From the NCBI GenBank assembly GCA_050258935.1, contig JBLMZS010000014.1:737-64736 (forward strand): DNA of 64,000 nt, given 5' to 3'. The position numbers and the translations under genes are program-made. Below are positions 19,072 through 28,484 of this stretch, in pieces. Numbering within the stretch: position 1 is the stretch's first letter; the number at the start of each line of letters is the position of its first letter. The notes under the pieces were generated by a model. It made no database searches. It was given only the letters and a program-made list of their open reading frames with translations, and had not been told where the DNA came from. Source of the stretch: Bacteroidota bacterium (lineage in GTDB: Bacteria; Bacteroidota; Ignavibacteria; Ignavibacteriales; SURF-24).

Positions 19072-19581
19072 TTATTCGGAAACAGTACTCTTTGTTTCCG
19101 CTGCGTTAACATCTGTATTTGGCTCTTCAGTAGTATTGCTTTCTTCGGTTTTATCTGCTTTTGCTTCAGCTGCAGGTTTTTCCTTTACCTGTTGCGTTGC
19201 CACAGGAACTATTTTGGTTTTAGCGCCGCTGTTCTGTTTTCTGAAAGGACCAACTTTGGCGTCATTGAGCTTAAACCATTCTTCCATCTTAGCATCTGCT
19301 TCAGCTTCGCTGATTCCTGACTTCAAAAGTTCTTTTCTCAGGAGAATTCCTTTTTTGCTGAGAAGGTTCTTTACAGTATTGGTAGGCTGAGCTCCCACTC
19401 CAAGCCAGTAAAGTGCTCTGTCTTCCTTTATATCGATCGTAGCCGGGTTAGTTAATGGATTATAGAGTCCTATAGCTTCCAGGAATTTACCATCCCTTGG
19501 CGCACGTGCGTCAGCAGCAACCAGTTTATAGATGGGCTGCTTTTTCTTACCCATTCTTCTTAATCTCAACTTAACTGCCAA
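19072..19581 (-). CDS. rpsP: 30S ribosomal protein S16 with C-terminal Lys/Glu/Ala/Thr-rich extension
   Basis: [35 protein letters not shown] is a canonical S16 N-terminus. Total length is 169 aa, against about 80-90 aa for the S16 core. Confidence 0.93.
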   Translation of the reverse strand: MAVKLRLRRMGKKKQPIYKLVAADARAPRDGKFLEAIGLYNPLTNPATIDIKEDRALYWLGVGAQPTNTVKNLLSKKGILLRKELLKSGISEAEADAKMEEWFKLNDAKVGPFRKQNSGAKTKIVPVATQQVKEKPAAEAKADKTEESNTTEEPNTDVNAAETKSTVSE

Positions 19582-19619
19582 ATTATTTGTTCCTCCAAAT
19601 ATTATAATATATTAATATA

Positions 19620-20951
19620 TCAATTTAATTTTAAATTCTTCATGCTGTTGAATATGTTCTTTTTCCCGGGTGCGTTCATCATCCTTAGCATCTTCTGCAT
19701 CTCCTGGAACTGTTTTATCAGTCTGTTGACGTCCTGTATGCTGGTGCCGCTGCCCCTGGCAATCCTTTTTCTGCGGCTGCCGTTCAGTATCTTTGGGGAC
19801 TGTCTTTCCTGCAGTGTCATAGACTGAATTATCGCCTCTACGCGCACGAGCTGCTTGTCATCCACATTTGCATCCTTGACAGCCGAACCGAGTCCCGGTA
19901 TCATTGCCAGTATGGATTTCAGTGAGCCCATTTTTTTTATCATTTTAATTTGCTTAAGAAAATCATCAAAGTCAAATTTATTTTCCCGCAGCTTGGCCTC
20001 GAGCTTTTCGGCCTCATCAACGTCCACCTGCTCCTGGGCTTTCTCAACGAGCGAGATAATATCGCCTTTACCCAGAATACGCGAAGCCATTCTGTCGGGA
20101 TAGAATATTTCAAGGCTGTCGGGTTTTTCACCCAGCGAGATGAACTTTATCGGTTCATCCACCACCGCTCTTATAGAAAGAGCACATCCGCCGCGTGTAT
20201 CGCCGTCGAGTTTTGTAAGAACAATGCCGTCGAAGTCGACTTTCTCGTGGAATGCCTTGGCCGAATTGACTGCATCCTGACCGGTCATAGAGTCGACTAC
20301 AAAAAGTGTTTCAGCAGGATTGACCCGTTCTTTTATGGAGGCAACTTCAGCCATCAGCTCTTCATCGACGTGAAGGCGTCCGGCAGTATCTATGATTATT
20401 GTATCCAGTCCGTTTTCTTTGGCATACGAGAGCGAATTGACTGCAATCTTTACGGCATCTTTATGATCTTCCGAAAACACCGGCACCTGTATCTGCCCGC
20501 CCAGCGTAATAAGCTGATCTATAGCTGCAGGACGGTATACGTCGGCGGCAACAAGCAGTACGCGTCTGTTTTTTTTCTTCAGCGAACTTGCCAGTTTGGA
20601 ACTGAATGTAGTTTTACCGGAACCCTGCAGGCCCACGATAAGGATAACAGTTGCGCCCGAGGCGTTCAGTTTCAGTTCACTCTGCTGGCTGCCCATCAGG
20701 GCAGTCAGTTCGTCATAGATTATTTTCGTTATCAGCTGACCCGGAGTAATTGAATTAAGTACCTCGGTGCCTATAGCCTTCTGCGTAACGTCGTCTATAA
20801 ATTTCTTTGCAACTTTATAGTTTACGTCGGCATCCAGAAGAACACGGCGGATTTCACGCAGCGTCTCTGAAATATTGGCTTCGGTTAACTTACCCTGGCC
20901 TCTTACTCTCTTAAGTGCAGTCTCTAGTTTATTTGTTAAATCTTCAAACAT
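19620..20951 (-). CDS. ffh: Signal recognition particle protein Ffh
   Basis: 443 aa; contains GLQGSGKTTF, DTAGR, TKLDGD and a Met-rich M domain (MQKMLRMM). Confidence 0.96.
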   Translation of the reverse strand: MFEDLTNKLETALKRVRGQGKLTEANISETLREIRRVLLDADVNYKVAKKFIDDVTQKAIGTEVLNSITPGQLITKIIYDELTALMGSQQSELKLNASGATVILIVGLQGSGKTTFSSKLASSLKKKNRRVLLVAADVYRPAAIDQLITLGGQIQVPVFSEDHKDAVKIAVNSLSYAKENGLDTIIIDTAGRLHVDEELMAEVASIKERVNPAETLFVVDSMTGQDAVNSAKAFHEKVDFDGIVLTKLDGDTRGGCALSIRAVVDEPIKFISLGEKPDSLEIFYPDRMASRILGKGDIISLVEKAQEQVDVDEAEKLEAKLRENKFDFDDFLKQIKMIKKMGSLKSILAMIPGLGSAVKDANVDDKQLVRVEAIIQSMTLQERQSPKILNGSRRKRIARGSGTSIQDVNRLIKQFQEMQKMLRMMNAPGKKNIFNSMKNLKLN

Positions 20952-20972
20952 AAATCACAAAAAGGTTGACTA

Positions 20973-21004
20973 CAAAGTTATGAAAATTTTTGCAAACCTT
21001 CAAA
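20973..21004 (-). promoter_or_regulatory. Candidate FCB-type promoter for the ffh operon (TTTG, 20 nt, TAACTTTG)
   Basis: Minus sense reads TTTG aaggtttgcaaaaattttca TAACTTTG. The -7 box matches the Bacteroidetes TAnnTTTG consensus and ends 21 nt upstream of the ffh ATG. Confidence 0.4.
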
Positions 21005-21014
21005 CATTTTCTTA

Positions 21015-21953
21015 TTAACCTTTAAGTGCGTTAGCTCCGCTGACTATTTCCAGTATTTCTGTAGTTATAGAAGACTGTCTTTCTTTATTATAAGTAACCT
21101 GCAGTGATCTTATGAGCTCCTTTGCATTTTCGGTTGCAAGGTCCATGGCAGTCATTTTCGCACCAAGTTCGGCAGCATAAGATTCCAGCAATATCCTCCA
21201 CATCTGTGAATTCAGATGCTTGGGCAGCAGATAATTGAGTATACTTTTCCGGTCGGGTTCATAGATAAAGTCAACCGAACCCTCGCCTTCTGCGCCGGGT
21301 ACGGCATGTTTAAGAATTTTTTCGTTGGCTGGTTTGACGGATGCGCCCGCATCATGCCGGGCGGCAGCTCCGATAGGCAGGAGTGTTTCGACAACGACTC
21401 TCTGTTGTATAACAGACTTAAATTCGTTGTAAACGACGAGCACTTCATCGATCTCACCGTTCAGATATTTTTCCGTAAGTTCAGAGACGATTGAAGCAGC
21501 CTGTGCAAATTTCAGGTCTGAAAATATTCCCTGGCGCGCACCTACAACCGGGCAGCTGACACGGGAGAAATATTCGAGGCCTTTTTTGCCGATATTATAC
21601 AGGTACAGGTTGCCGCTCCTGTAATAGTCGGCATACTGTCCCTGCAGAAGTGACATGGCTTCCTTGATAATATTGATATTGAAGCTACCGCACAGCCCGC
21701 GGTCGGCAGTTACAACTACGACCGCCACGTTCCGGACCTCTCTTTTTACAATAAGCGGATTAGTACTGTCAGGCTCAAGTCTGATCAGGTCATCGACCAC
21801 CTGAGCAATTTTTTTTGCATAAGGGCGGGCGTTGATGATATTATCCTGGGCACGCCTCAGCTTTGCAGCAGCGACCATCTTCATTGCCCTGGTAATCTGC
21901 TGCGTGTTCTTGACGCCTGCAATTCTTCTTCTTATATCTCTTAAAGTAGCCAT
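21015..21953 (-). CDS. atpG: F0F1 ATP synthase subunit gamma
   Basis: 312 aa; N-terminus MATLRDIRRRIAGVKNTQQITRAMKMVAAAKLRRAQ and C-terminus ITTEILEIVSGANAL. Confidence 0.95.
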   Translation of the reverse strand: MATLRDIRRRIAGVKNTQQITRAMKMVAAAKLRRAQDNIINARPYAKKIAQVVDDLIRLEPDSTNPLIVKREVRNVAVVVVTADRGLCGSFNINIIKEAMSLLQGQYADYYRSGNLYLYNIGKKGLEYFSRVSCPVVGARQGIFSDLKFAQAASIVSELTEKYLNGEIDEVLVVYNEFKSVIQQRVVVETLLPIGAAARHDAGASVKPANEKILKHAVPGAEGEGSVDFIYEPDRKSILNYLLPKHLNSQMWRILLESYAAELGAKMTAMDLATENAKELIRSLQVTYNKERQSSITTEILEIVSGANALKG

Positions 21954-21959
21954 CTATTT

Positions 21960-21995
21960 AGTTCTGAGTTTTGAGTTATGAGTTCTGAGTTGAAT
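21960..21995. repeat. One-armed GAGTTNT heptad array filling the atpA-atpG spacer
   Basis: agttct gagtttt gagttat gagttct gagttga; no complementary arm nearby. Confidence 0.85.
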
Positions 21996-22000
21996 TTGAA

Positions 22001-23554
22001 TTATTTTTCGCTTCTCTGGAATTTCTGCAGAAATTCTTCGATAACGCGTTTCAGCTCAGCTACTATAGTATCAGTCAATGCTCTCTCGACCCTGATGGTC
22101 TCGAAAATATTGTTGTACTTCATTTCTATGTATTCGTACAGTTCCCTTTCGAAACGCTTAACATCCCAGACAGGTACTGTTTCAAGATAGTCGTTGATAC
22201 CGACGAACACGCTTACAATCTGCCTTTCAACGGGGACAGGATTATAAAGACCCTGTTTCAGCAGTTCAACAAGACGGGCACCTTTGGCCAGGGAGCGCTG
22301 GGTAGCCTTATCGAGATCGCTTCCGAACTTTGCAAAGGCTTCCAGGCCGCGGAACTGAGCCAGATCGAGTTTCAGAGTACCGGAAACCTTTTTCATTGCC
22401 TTGTTCTGTGCATTACCGCCCACACGGGAAACGCTTATACCAACGTTGATAGCTGGGCGCACACCGGCGTTGAACAGGTTTGGTTCAAGATAGATCTGTC
22501 CGTCAGTAATTGAAATTACGTTTGTAGGGATGTACGCAGAAACGTCACCCTGCTGAGTTTCAATAATCGGCAGTGCTGTCAGGCTTCCGCCGCCATATTC
22601 GTCAGAGAGTTTCGAGGCGCGTTCAAGCAGTCTCGAGTGCAGATAGAATACGTCACCGGGGTAAGCTTCGCGTCCCGGGGGGCGTTTCAGCAGCAGCGAG
22701 AGTTCTCTGTATGCCGCAGCCTGCTTTGACAGATCATCGTAGACTACCAGTGCATCGCGGCCGCTGTCGCGGAAATATTCACCGAGCGTGGCACCGCAGT
22801 AAGGAGCTATAAACTGGTACGGGGCACCTTCGGAAGCAGAAGCGTTAATTACGGTAGTGTATTCCATGGCTCCGTGTTCCTGCAGTTTAGCTACAACCTG
22901 AGCTACCGTAGAGCTCTTCTGGCCTACTGCAACGTAGACGCAATAAACCGGCTTGATGCCGATCTTTTTGGCTTCCTCTGTATGAGTGTGTTTCTGGTTA
23001 ATAATGGCATCAACCGCAACGGCCGTCTTACCTGTCTGGCGGTCGCCGATAATAAGCTCCCTCTGTCCGCGTCCGATAGGTATCATAGAGTCAATAGCGG
23101 TTATACCCGTCTGCAGCGGCTGTTTGACCGGAGCCCTGGCAATAACGCCGAGAGCTTTGCGCTCTATAGGCAGGAACTGGTCGGTTTTTATTGGTCCTTT
23201 ACCGTCGATAGGCATGCCGAGGGGATTAACCACTCTGCCCAGCATTGCCTCGCCAACAGGAAGAGAAGCAACCCGCTTGGTTCTTTTAACCGTGTCGCCT
23301 TCCTTCACCAGTGTACCGTCACCGAACAATACACAGCCGACCGAATCCTCGTCGAGGTTCAGCACCATTCCAAAGACATCATTCTGGAATTCTATAAGTT
23401 CGCTCATCATCACCTGCGACAGGCCGTATATACGTGCAATACCGTCGCCGACCGAAAGCACGGTTCCAACATCATAAATATCTACTTCGCTCTGGAAACC
23501 TGATAACTGTTTTCTCAGAATCGCAGATACCTCGTCGGGTCTAACTTCTGCCAT
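22001..23554 (-). CDS. atpA: F0F1 ATP synthase subunit alpha
   Basis: 517 aa; Walker A GDRQTGKT plus conserved alpha-subunit blocks. Confidence 0.97.
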   Translation of the reverse strand: MAEVRPDEVSAILRKQLSGFQSEVDIYDVGTVLSVGDGIARIYGLSQVMMSELIEFQNDVFGMVLNLDEDSVGCVLFGDGTLVKEGDTVKRTKRVASLPVGEAMLGRVVNPLGMPIDGKGPIKTDQFLPIERKALGVIARAPVKQPLQTGITAIDSMIPIGRGQRELIIGDRQTGKTAVAVDAIINQKHTHTEEAKKIGIKPVYCVYVAVGQKSSTVAQVVAKLQEHGAMEYTTVINASASEGAPYQFIAPYCGATLGEYFRDSGRDALVVYDDLSKQAAAYRELSLLLKRPPGREAYPGDVFYLHSRLLERASKLSDEYGGGSLTALPIIETQQGDVSAYIPTNVISITDGQIYLEPNLFNAGVRPAINVGISVSRVGGNAQNKAMKKVSGTLKLDLAQFRGLEAFAKFGSDLDKATQRSLAKGARLVELLKQGLYNPVPVERQIVSVFVGINDYLETVPVWDVKRFERELYEYIEMKYNNIFETIRVERALTDTIVAELKRVIEEFLQKFQRSEK

Positions 23555-23630
23555 TGTAAAATTCCTCTATTTTTCTAACAATTTTTCTTCAGTTCAGTTA
23601 TTTTATATTCAAAGAATGCGTTTTAACCTG

Positions 23631-24185
23631 TCAGTTCAGCGACAGTTCTGCATTCAGCAGTTCCGATTTAAGTTTCTCCAGCTGATGCTTCAGTGATGCA
23701 TCAAGCACTGTATCCTTTATCCTGATGACAAACCCTCCCAGCAGACGGGTATCTGTTTTATAGGCAAGCCTCACGGATTTATTGGTATACTCCTGAAGTT
23801 TTACCGTAATCCTTTCCTTCTGCTGATCGGTTAGTTCAACGGCGCTGGTAACTTCGGCCGCCACAATTCCCGAATAGTCGTCCAGCATTTCTAAAAAACG
23901 CTGTACAATGATATATAAAAGCTCCTCGCGGTTCTTGCCAACTATAAAATTCAGGAAATCCATAGAGGCCCGTGATATTCTGGATCCGAAAACCTCAGAC
24001 AAGATGGACAGTTTTGTAAAATTCTTTATTACAGGATTTACGAGCATCAGTCTGAGATCGCGCGAGGCCTTCATGGTGTTATATACCAGATGGAAATCCC
24101 GCGAGGTCTCTTCAACGGAATTATTATCCCTGGCGAGTCCCAGCAGCGCCGTGGCATATCTCGTGGCTATGTTAATTTCGCTCAT
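23631..24185 (-). CDS. atpH: F0F1 ATP synthase subunit delta
   Basis: 184 aa; starts IATRYATALLGLA and sits between atpF and atpA. Confidence 0.88.
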   Translation of the reverse strand: MSEINIATRYATALLGLARDNNSVEETSRDFHLVYNTMKASRDLRLMLVNPVIKNFTKLSILSEVFGSRISRASMDFLNFIVGKNREELLYIIVQRFLEMLDDYSGIVAAEVTSAVELTDQQKERITVKLQEYTNKSVRLAYKTDTRLLGGFVIRIKDTVLDASLKHQLEKLKSELLNAELSLN

Positions 24186-24188
24186 AAA

Positions 24189-24752
24189 TTACTTCTTCTG
24201 AATTTCGTCTATATATTTATTGGCTATATCGATCTGTTTATCCTTATCGAGGTTTTCTCTGAGTATTTTCTCTGCAGCCTGCACAGCGATGCCGGCAATC
24301 TGATTCTTCATATTTTCGAGAGCCTCATCATTTTTTCTTCTGATCTCTGCCGAAGCTTCCTCGACAATTTTTCTGGCTTCACTCTTGCTGTCGTTTATAA
24401 TCTGTTCCTTCAGGTTCTCGGCGAAATCTCTTCCCTGTTCAATTATTTTGCGCGCGTTTTCTTCAGCCTTCTGAAGATTTGCCTGGTTTTCACTGAGCAG
24501 TTTTTCAGCTTCTTCGCGTGCCTTTTCTGATTTCGTAAGAGAATCCTTGATGTAATTCTCCCTTTCATCGAGTGCGGTAAGTATCGGCTTCCAGGCAACT
24601 TTCTTCAGTACCAGCAGAAGAAGTATAAATGTTATCACCGTCCAGATGATCAGTCCCGGATTGACATCCAGCAGGCCACCTTTTTGCTCCCCGTGCTGCA
24701 GCAGTGTCAGAAGTGCAACAGGAAGGTTAGCTGTTTTTAGCAAAACAAACAT
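24189..24752 (-). CDS. atpF: F0F1 ATP synthase subunit b
   Basis: 187 aa; a single N-terminal TM helix followed by a long charged helix (EEAEKLLSENQANLQKAEENARK). Confidence 0.88.
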   Translation of the reverse strand: MFVLLKTANLPVALLTLLQHGEQKGGLLDVNPGLIIWTVITFILLLLVLKKVAWKPILTALDERENYIKDSLTKSEKAREEAEKLLSENQANLQKAEENARKIIEQGRDFAENLKEQIINDSKSEARKIVEEASAEIRRKNDEALENMKNQIAGIAVQAAEKILRENLDKDKQIDIANKYIDEIQKK

Positions 24753-24825
24753 TTTATTACCTTTTGTAAATTATTAGCTACAAACTGCACAGGCATAAAA
24801 CCTGTGCAGAGTATTGTCTTCAGAA

Positions 24826-25044
24826 TTATTTAAGGGCAAGCAATATACAAATAACGAGAGCAAACAGTGAAATACCTTCGATCAGAGCTGCAGCAATAAG
24901 CATGGAAGTTCTGATATCACCGGCTGCTTCAGGCTGTCTTCCGCTGGCTTCCATAGCTGAGCTTGCAAGTTTTCCAATACCGAATGCACCGCCTATAACC
25001 GTTAAAGCTGCACCAAAACCGGCTGCCAAGTATGCGAATTCCAT
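24826..25044 (-). CDS. atpE: F0F1 ATP synthase subunit c
   Basis: 72 aa hairpin proteolipid with a GRQPE loop and a conserved Glu in helix 2 (AALIEGISLFALV). Confidence 0.93.
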   Translation of the reverse strand: MEFAYLAAGFGAALTVIGGAFGIGKLASSAMEASGRQPEAAGDIRTSMLIAAALIEGISLFALVICILLALK

Positions 25045-25210
25045 TAATTCCTCCTTTTATGTGTTCGATTTATACTAAAAACAATTGAAATTTATATTAC
25101 TGCTGAGGCAGCAGCATTATTGCTTACCCATTTTATAAACAACCACATGCCTATCTTCAGAAGTATGACTATTTTCAGAGCCACTTCACAAGAGTCTCAC
25201 ACTGTGCATA

Positions 25211-26038
25211 TCAGTGCTGGTGCACAGCCATGCCGATAAACAGAGATGAGAGCATTGTAAATACATAAGCCTGAATAAGTGCAACGAGTATCTCGAGCAG
25301 ATATATGAACAAAGCAAATGCAACAGAAACCGGTGCAACTACAAACGTCTGGAGTATAAAGATCAGACCGATCAGAGAAAGTATTACTATATGACCGGCA
25401 GTCATGTTTGCAAAAAGACGTATAGCCAGAGCAAATGGTTTTGTAAATAGTCCCAGTAGTTCGACTACAAACATTACCGGCACAAGCCAGAACGGCACCC
25501 CGTGCGGTACGAGTCCCTTAAAATACCCGAACATGCCGTTTTTTCTGATACCTCCTATCTGGATTACCAGGAAAGAGAGTATTGCCAGTGTGGCGGTAAC
25601 CGAGATATTGCTCGTTGAAGTCGCCGAATACGGCAGCAGGCCCAGGAAGTTGCTTACAAGAATAAAAAAGAACACTGTAAGCAGATACGGCATAAAGCTT
25701 TCGTATCCCTTGCCTATCGTAGGACGCGCTATGTCATCCCTTACAAACACCACCAGCAGTTCCACTACGTTTGCAATTCCTTTGGGAACCCTGGATTTTC
25801 TGTAGTTCTTTGCAGTAATGCTGAGCAAAGTGATCAGTATTACCATACTGATCCACATAAATACTACGTGTCTGGTAATAGATACATCGATACCCATGAT
25901 GTGTATCTGAGGCAGCGGAATGGTAAAGAACGGCTGAAAGTCCAGATAATTTGCATCTAGCATGTGATGGAGTATCCAGCTGGTATCTGTAGTTTTACTT
26001 GCGTGCTCAACCGCTTTTACTGAATCGGGAGTGACCAT
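25211..26038 (-). CDS. atpB: F0F1 ATP synthase subunit a
   Basis: 275 aa polytopic protein; contains LAIRLFANMTAGH (essential Arg motif). Confidence 0.93.
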   Translation of the reverse strand: MVTPDSVKAVEHASKTTDTSWILHHMLDANYLDFQPFFTIPLPQIHIMGIDVSITRHVVFMWISMVILITLLSITAKNYRKSRVPKGIANVVELLVVFVRDDIARPTIGKGYESFMPYLLTVFFFILVSNFLGLLPYSATSTSNISVTATLAILSFLVIQIGGIRKNGMFGYFKGLVPHGVPFWLVPVMFVVELLGLFTKPFALAIRLFANMTAGHIVILSLIGLIFILQTFVVAPVSVAFALFIYLLEILVALIQAYVFTMLSSLFIGMAVHQH

Positions 26039-26041
26039 AAT

Positions 26042-26422
26042 TTATATTCTTTTTCTTACTGATTTATTCGTAAAAAACAATATTTCAACAACTAAAAACA
26101 CAATGTAACAAAAGAAAAAGCTAAATACAAAGCCATACTTATCAACATTAAAATATTGGATTAAGATAAAAATTATTATCAAAAGTATCAACATCCTGAG
26201 CGACATGACACCAAAATTATACAAAAGAAATTGCGAATTGCTTCTGTTTTGGGCTCTGCTGAAGGCCCAGACTGAGGATATGACATTTACGCCGGCAAGT
26301 ACACCGCTTATAAGACATGCGCTGAAAACAGCTCCGCTCAGGACGTTTGACAGGTATAAAGCGACTACCGAGGCATAATACAGGATCATTATTGCGGCTA
26401 TCTGAATTCTGATATTTTTCAT
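26042..26422 (-). CDS. AtpI-like small membrane protein (ATP synthase protein I, tentative)
   Basis: 126 aa, four hydrophobic helices, immediately upstream of atpB. Confidence 0.5.
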   Translation of the reverse strand: MKNIRIQIAAIMILYYASVVALYLSNVLSGAVFSACLISGVLAGVNVISSVWAFSRAQNRSNSQFLLYNFGVMSLRMLILLIIIFILIQYFNVDKYGFVFSFFFCYIVFLVVEILFFTNKSVRKRI

Positions 26423-26435
26423 GAAGGTTGGACCA

Positions 26436-26666
26436 TTATTTTTTTTTCTTGTTCAGTTCAAGCACCGTTTTTATGACACTGTATAATCCGGCGGCACCCC
26501 CGAACAGGGCAAACAGTATAGTCAGAAGAGGAAACAGAGAAAATTTTCCGTCCAGCCAGTATCCGATAAACAGCATGATTACGATGGATGCCGCGAGCTG
26601 GAATCCCAGTCCCAGATACGGACCTACATCCTGATATATTTTATTGTATTTTTTATTGTCATCCAT
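26436..26666 (-). CDS. AtpZ/AtpR-type small membrane protein of the ATP synthase operon
   Basis: YLGLGFQLAASIVIMLFIGYWLDGKF is typical of the ATPase_gene1 family. The track start (TTG 26714) overlaps the candidate promoter -7 box, so ATG 26666 (MDDNKKY) is preferred. Confidence 0.65.
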   Translation of the reverse strand: MDDNKKYNKIYQDVGPYLGLGFQLAASIVIMLFIGYWLDGKFSLFPLLTILFALFGGAAGLYSVIKTVLELNKKKK

Positions 26667-26711
26667 ATATATATGCTTCAGGGCATTTATTGTGCATGCT
26701 CTGCCCATTTC

Positions 26712-26742
26712 CAAAGTTACTGAACACGCGGAGAAAAATCAA
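26712..26742 (-). promoter_or_regulatory. Candidate FCB-type promoter for the atp operon (TTG, 20 nt, TAACTTTG)
   Basis: Minus sense reads TTG atttttctccgcgtgttcag TAACTTTG. The -7 octamer and spacing are the same as upstream of ffh. Lies in the gap after the tsaC stop. Confidence 0.4.
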
Positions 26743-26752
26743 TTTTTGTCTC

Positions 26753-27403
26753 TCAGCAATAGTGTTCCATAATGGAGCTGAAACTTATGCTGCCCTCACG
26801 TATCAGTACCGGCCCGTCACTGCCAGTAAGGTCAATTATTGTTGAAGCCACCGCAGCAGGAGCAGTCTGTTCCTGTTTACCTTCAGTATCCGAAGAGCAC
26901 AAAAGATCGATGTTCTCACCGAATTCAGCAGCTATAAGACCTGCATCGTTCAGTGCACTGCTGCCGCTGCGGTTAACACTGGTAGATATTAGTGGAGCTT
27001 TAAGCTTCGAAAGAAGAGCCGAACAGAATCTTTCGTTGGGGATTCTGTAGGCTACCGTTTCTGTGCCGAGTCTGACGGCATAGATATCTTTTAATGCCAG
27101 TATGACAGAGACCGGGTTTGGCCAGATATTTTCCAGCAGACCCCGGTATCTATTGTCGTCCAGCTGGACATATTCAGAAAGTGTATCGATGCTGTCCACG
27201 AGCTGTATAAACCTTTTGGACTCATCGCGTCCCTTTATTCTGTTTATAGCCTCAACGGCACCCGGATTAAACGGATCTCCGCCGAATCCGTATATGGTAT
27301 CTGTCGGATAGACAAATACTCCGCCGCTGCGATATACTCCGGAAGCAGCCTCGACTGCCTGTTCCAAATTTGTATTTATATTAATAATTTTTGACATTTG
27401 CAC
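26753..27403 (-). CDS. tsaC: L-threonylcarbamoyladenylate synthase (TsaC/YrdC family)
   Basis: 216 aa; contains VYPTDTIYGFGGDPFN, KGRDESKRFI and PLISTSVNRSG blocks of YrdC/Sua5. Confidence 0.88.
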   Translation of the reverse strand: MQMSKIININTNLEQAVEAASGVYRSGGVFVYPTDTIYGFGGDPFNPGAVEAINRIKGRDESKRFIQLVDSIDTLSEYVQLDDNRYRGLLENIWPNPVSVILALKDIYAVRLGTETVAYRIPNERFCSALLSKLKAPLISTSVNRSGSSALNDAGLIAAEFGENIDLLCSSDTEGKQEQTAPAAVASTIIDLTGSDGPVLIREGSISFSSIMEHYC

Positions 27404-27431
27404 GATCCATGTTGCCCCATCTACCGGGCAG

Positions 27432-28484
27432 TTATTTATTATACGACAAAAGTCTGTCTATTGCTGTGTATATGTTCTGCATTTCAAGTTTGTAGGCACA
27501 TTCAAAAGTACCTATCGGGCATTCATTGTGCCCATGAATGCCGCACGGCTTGCATTTGAGATCATCGTATGAAAGCCACATACTGTTACTGCTGTATGGA
27601 TAAAAGCCGAATGCCGGCACAGTTGAACAGTAGATAGTGAGTGCCGGTACCCCGGCACACATAGCAAAATGAGTGGGTGCGCTGTCGTTGGATACCACAA
27701 TTGCACAATGCCTGTAGAGTTCAACAGTTTCAGTAATGGAAAACATACCGGCAGCCGATATGACAGATGGAGCACCTCCGGCTTCTGCGGCAATTTCTCT
27801 GCATTCGGCCTCATCACTCCTGCCGCCCGTCAGAATTACCGTATATCCACCTGCAGTAAGATATTTTATAACCTGCAGATATCTGTCACGGGGAAATTTT
27901 TTCGTAGCCCATACACTTCCGGGAGCAACCGCTGCAAATTTAGTATAGCCGGGAAATTGATCCAGAAAACGGCTGACATTCTGTTTTTTCTCAGCTGAGG
28001 TTTCAATTACAGGAAGTATCCTCCAGCTCTCCCCGTCCGTGCTCACTCCGGCAAGTTCAAGATCTCTTCTGACCTCGTGGTGATCTTTTTCGTACCGGAC
28101 TACGTTCTTATAGACAAACGGCAGTGAAGCTGTTGAAAAACCGGTGGTGTTTCTTACACCCGAAAATAAGACCAGCAAAGATGTCCGGAAGGAGCGGTGA
28201 GGCGAAAAGATAATGTCATATTTCTCTTTTCTGAGACGGGCAGTCAGTTTTACAAATCCGGCAACGCCCTTATCTGTCCCCCGCTTATCATATATCAGAG
28301 TATTTCTGACACACGGTGAAGATGAGAATATCTCAGCGCTTGCAGGTATACACAGAACATCAATAGCCGGAGAATTGTATACCCTGAAAATCTCCTGAAT
28401 CATGGGCAGTGTGAGAACTGCATCGCCAATAAATGCAGTCTGCATGACGAGTACTTTCAGTATTTCCATATCTTGTGCATCCAT
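27432..28484 (-). CDS. Glycosyltransferase family 9 (LPS heptosyltransferase-like)
   Basis: 350 aa; contains ILKVLVMQTAFIGDAVLTLP, VSNDSAPTHFA and a C-terminal CKPCGIHGHNEC block typical of RfaF/RfaC-type enzymes. Confidence 0.82.
   Translation of the reverse strand: MDAQDMEILKVLVMQTAFIGDAVLTLPMIQEIFRVYNSPAIDVLCIPASAEIFSSSPCVRNTLIYDKRGTDKGVAGFVKLTARLRKEKYDIIFSPHRSFRTSLLVLFSGVRNTTGFSTASLPFVYKNVVRYEKDHHEVRRDLELAGVSTDGESWRILPVIETSAEKKQNVSRFLDQFPGYTKFAAVAPGSVWATKKFPRDRYLQVIKYLTAGGYTVILTGGRSDEAECREIAAEAGGAPSVISAAGMFSITETVELYRHCAIVVSNDSAPTHFAMCAGVPALTIYCSTVPAFGFYPYSSNSMWLSYDDLKCKPCGIHGHNECPIGTFECAYKLEMQNIYTAIDRLLSYNK

Noticed and set aside
19950-20753. 267-aa plus-strand ORF antisense to ffh
   Set aside because: Shadow ORF within a universally conserved gene.
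22874-23503. 209-aa and 163-aa plus-strand ORFs antisense to atpA
   Set aside because: Shadow ORFs in a GC-richer conserved gene.
21015-26714. Absence of atpD and atpC from the ATP synthase operon, which runs straight into the ffh promoter region
   Set aside because: To my knowledge a split arrangement, with atpDC elsewhere, is the normal organisation in Bacteroidetes/Chlorobi-type genomes. This is probably not an anomaly.
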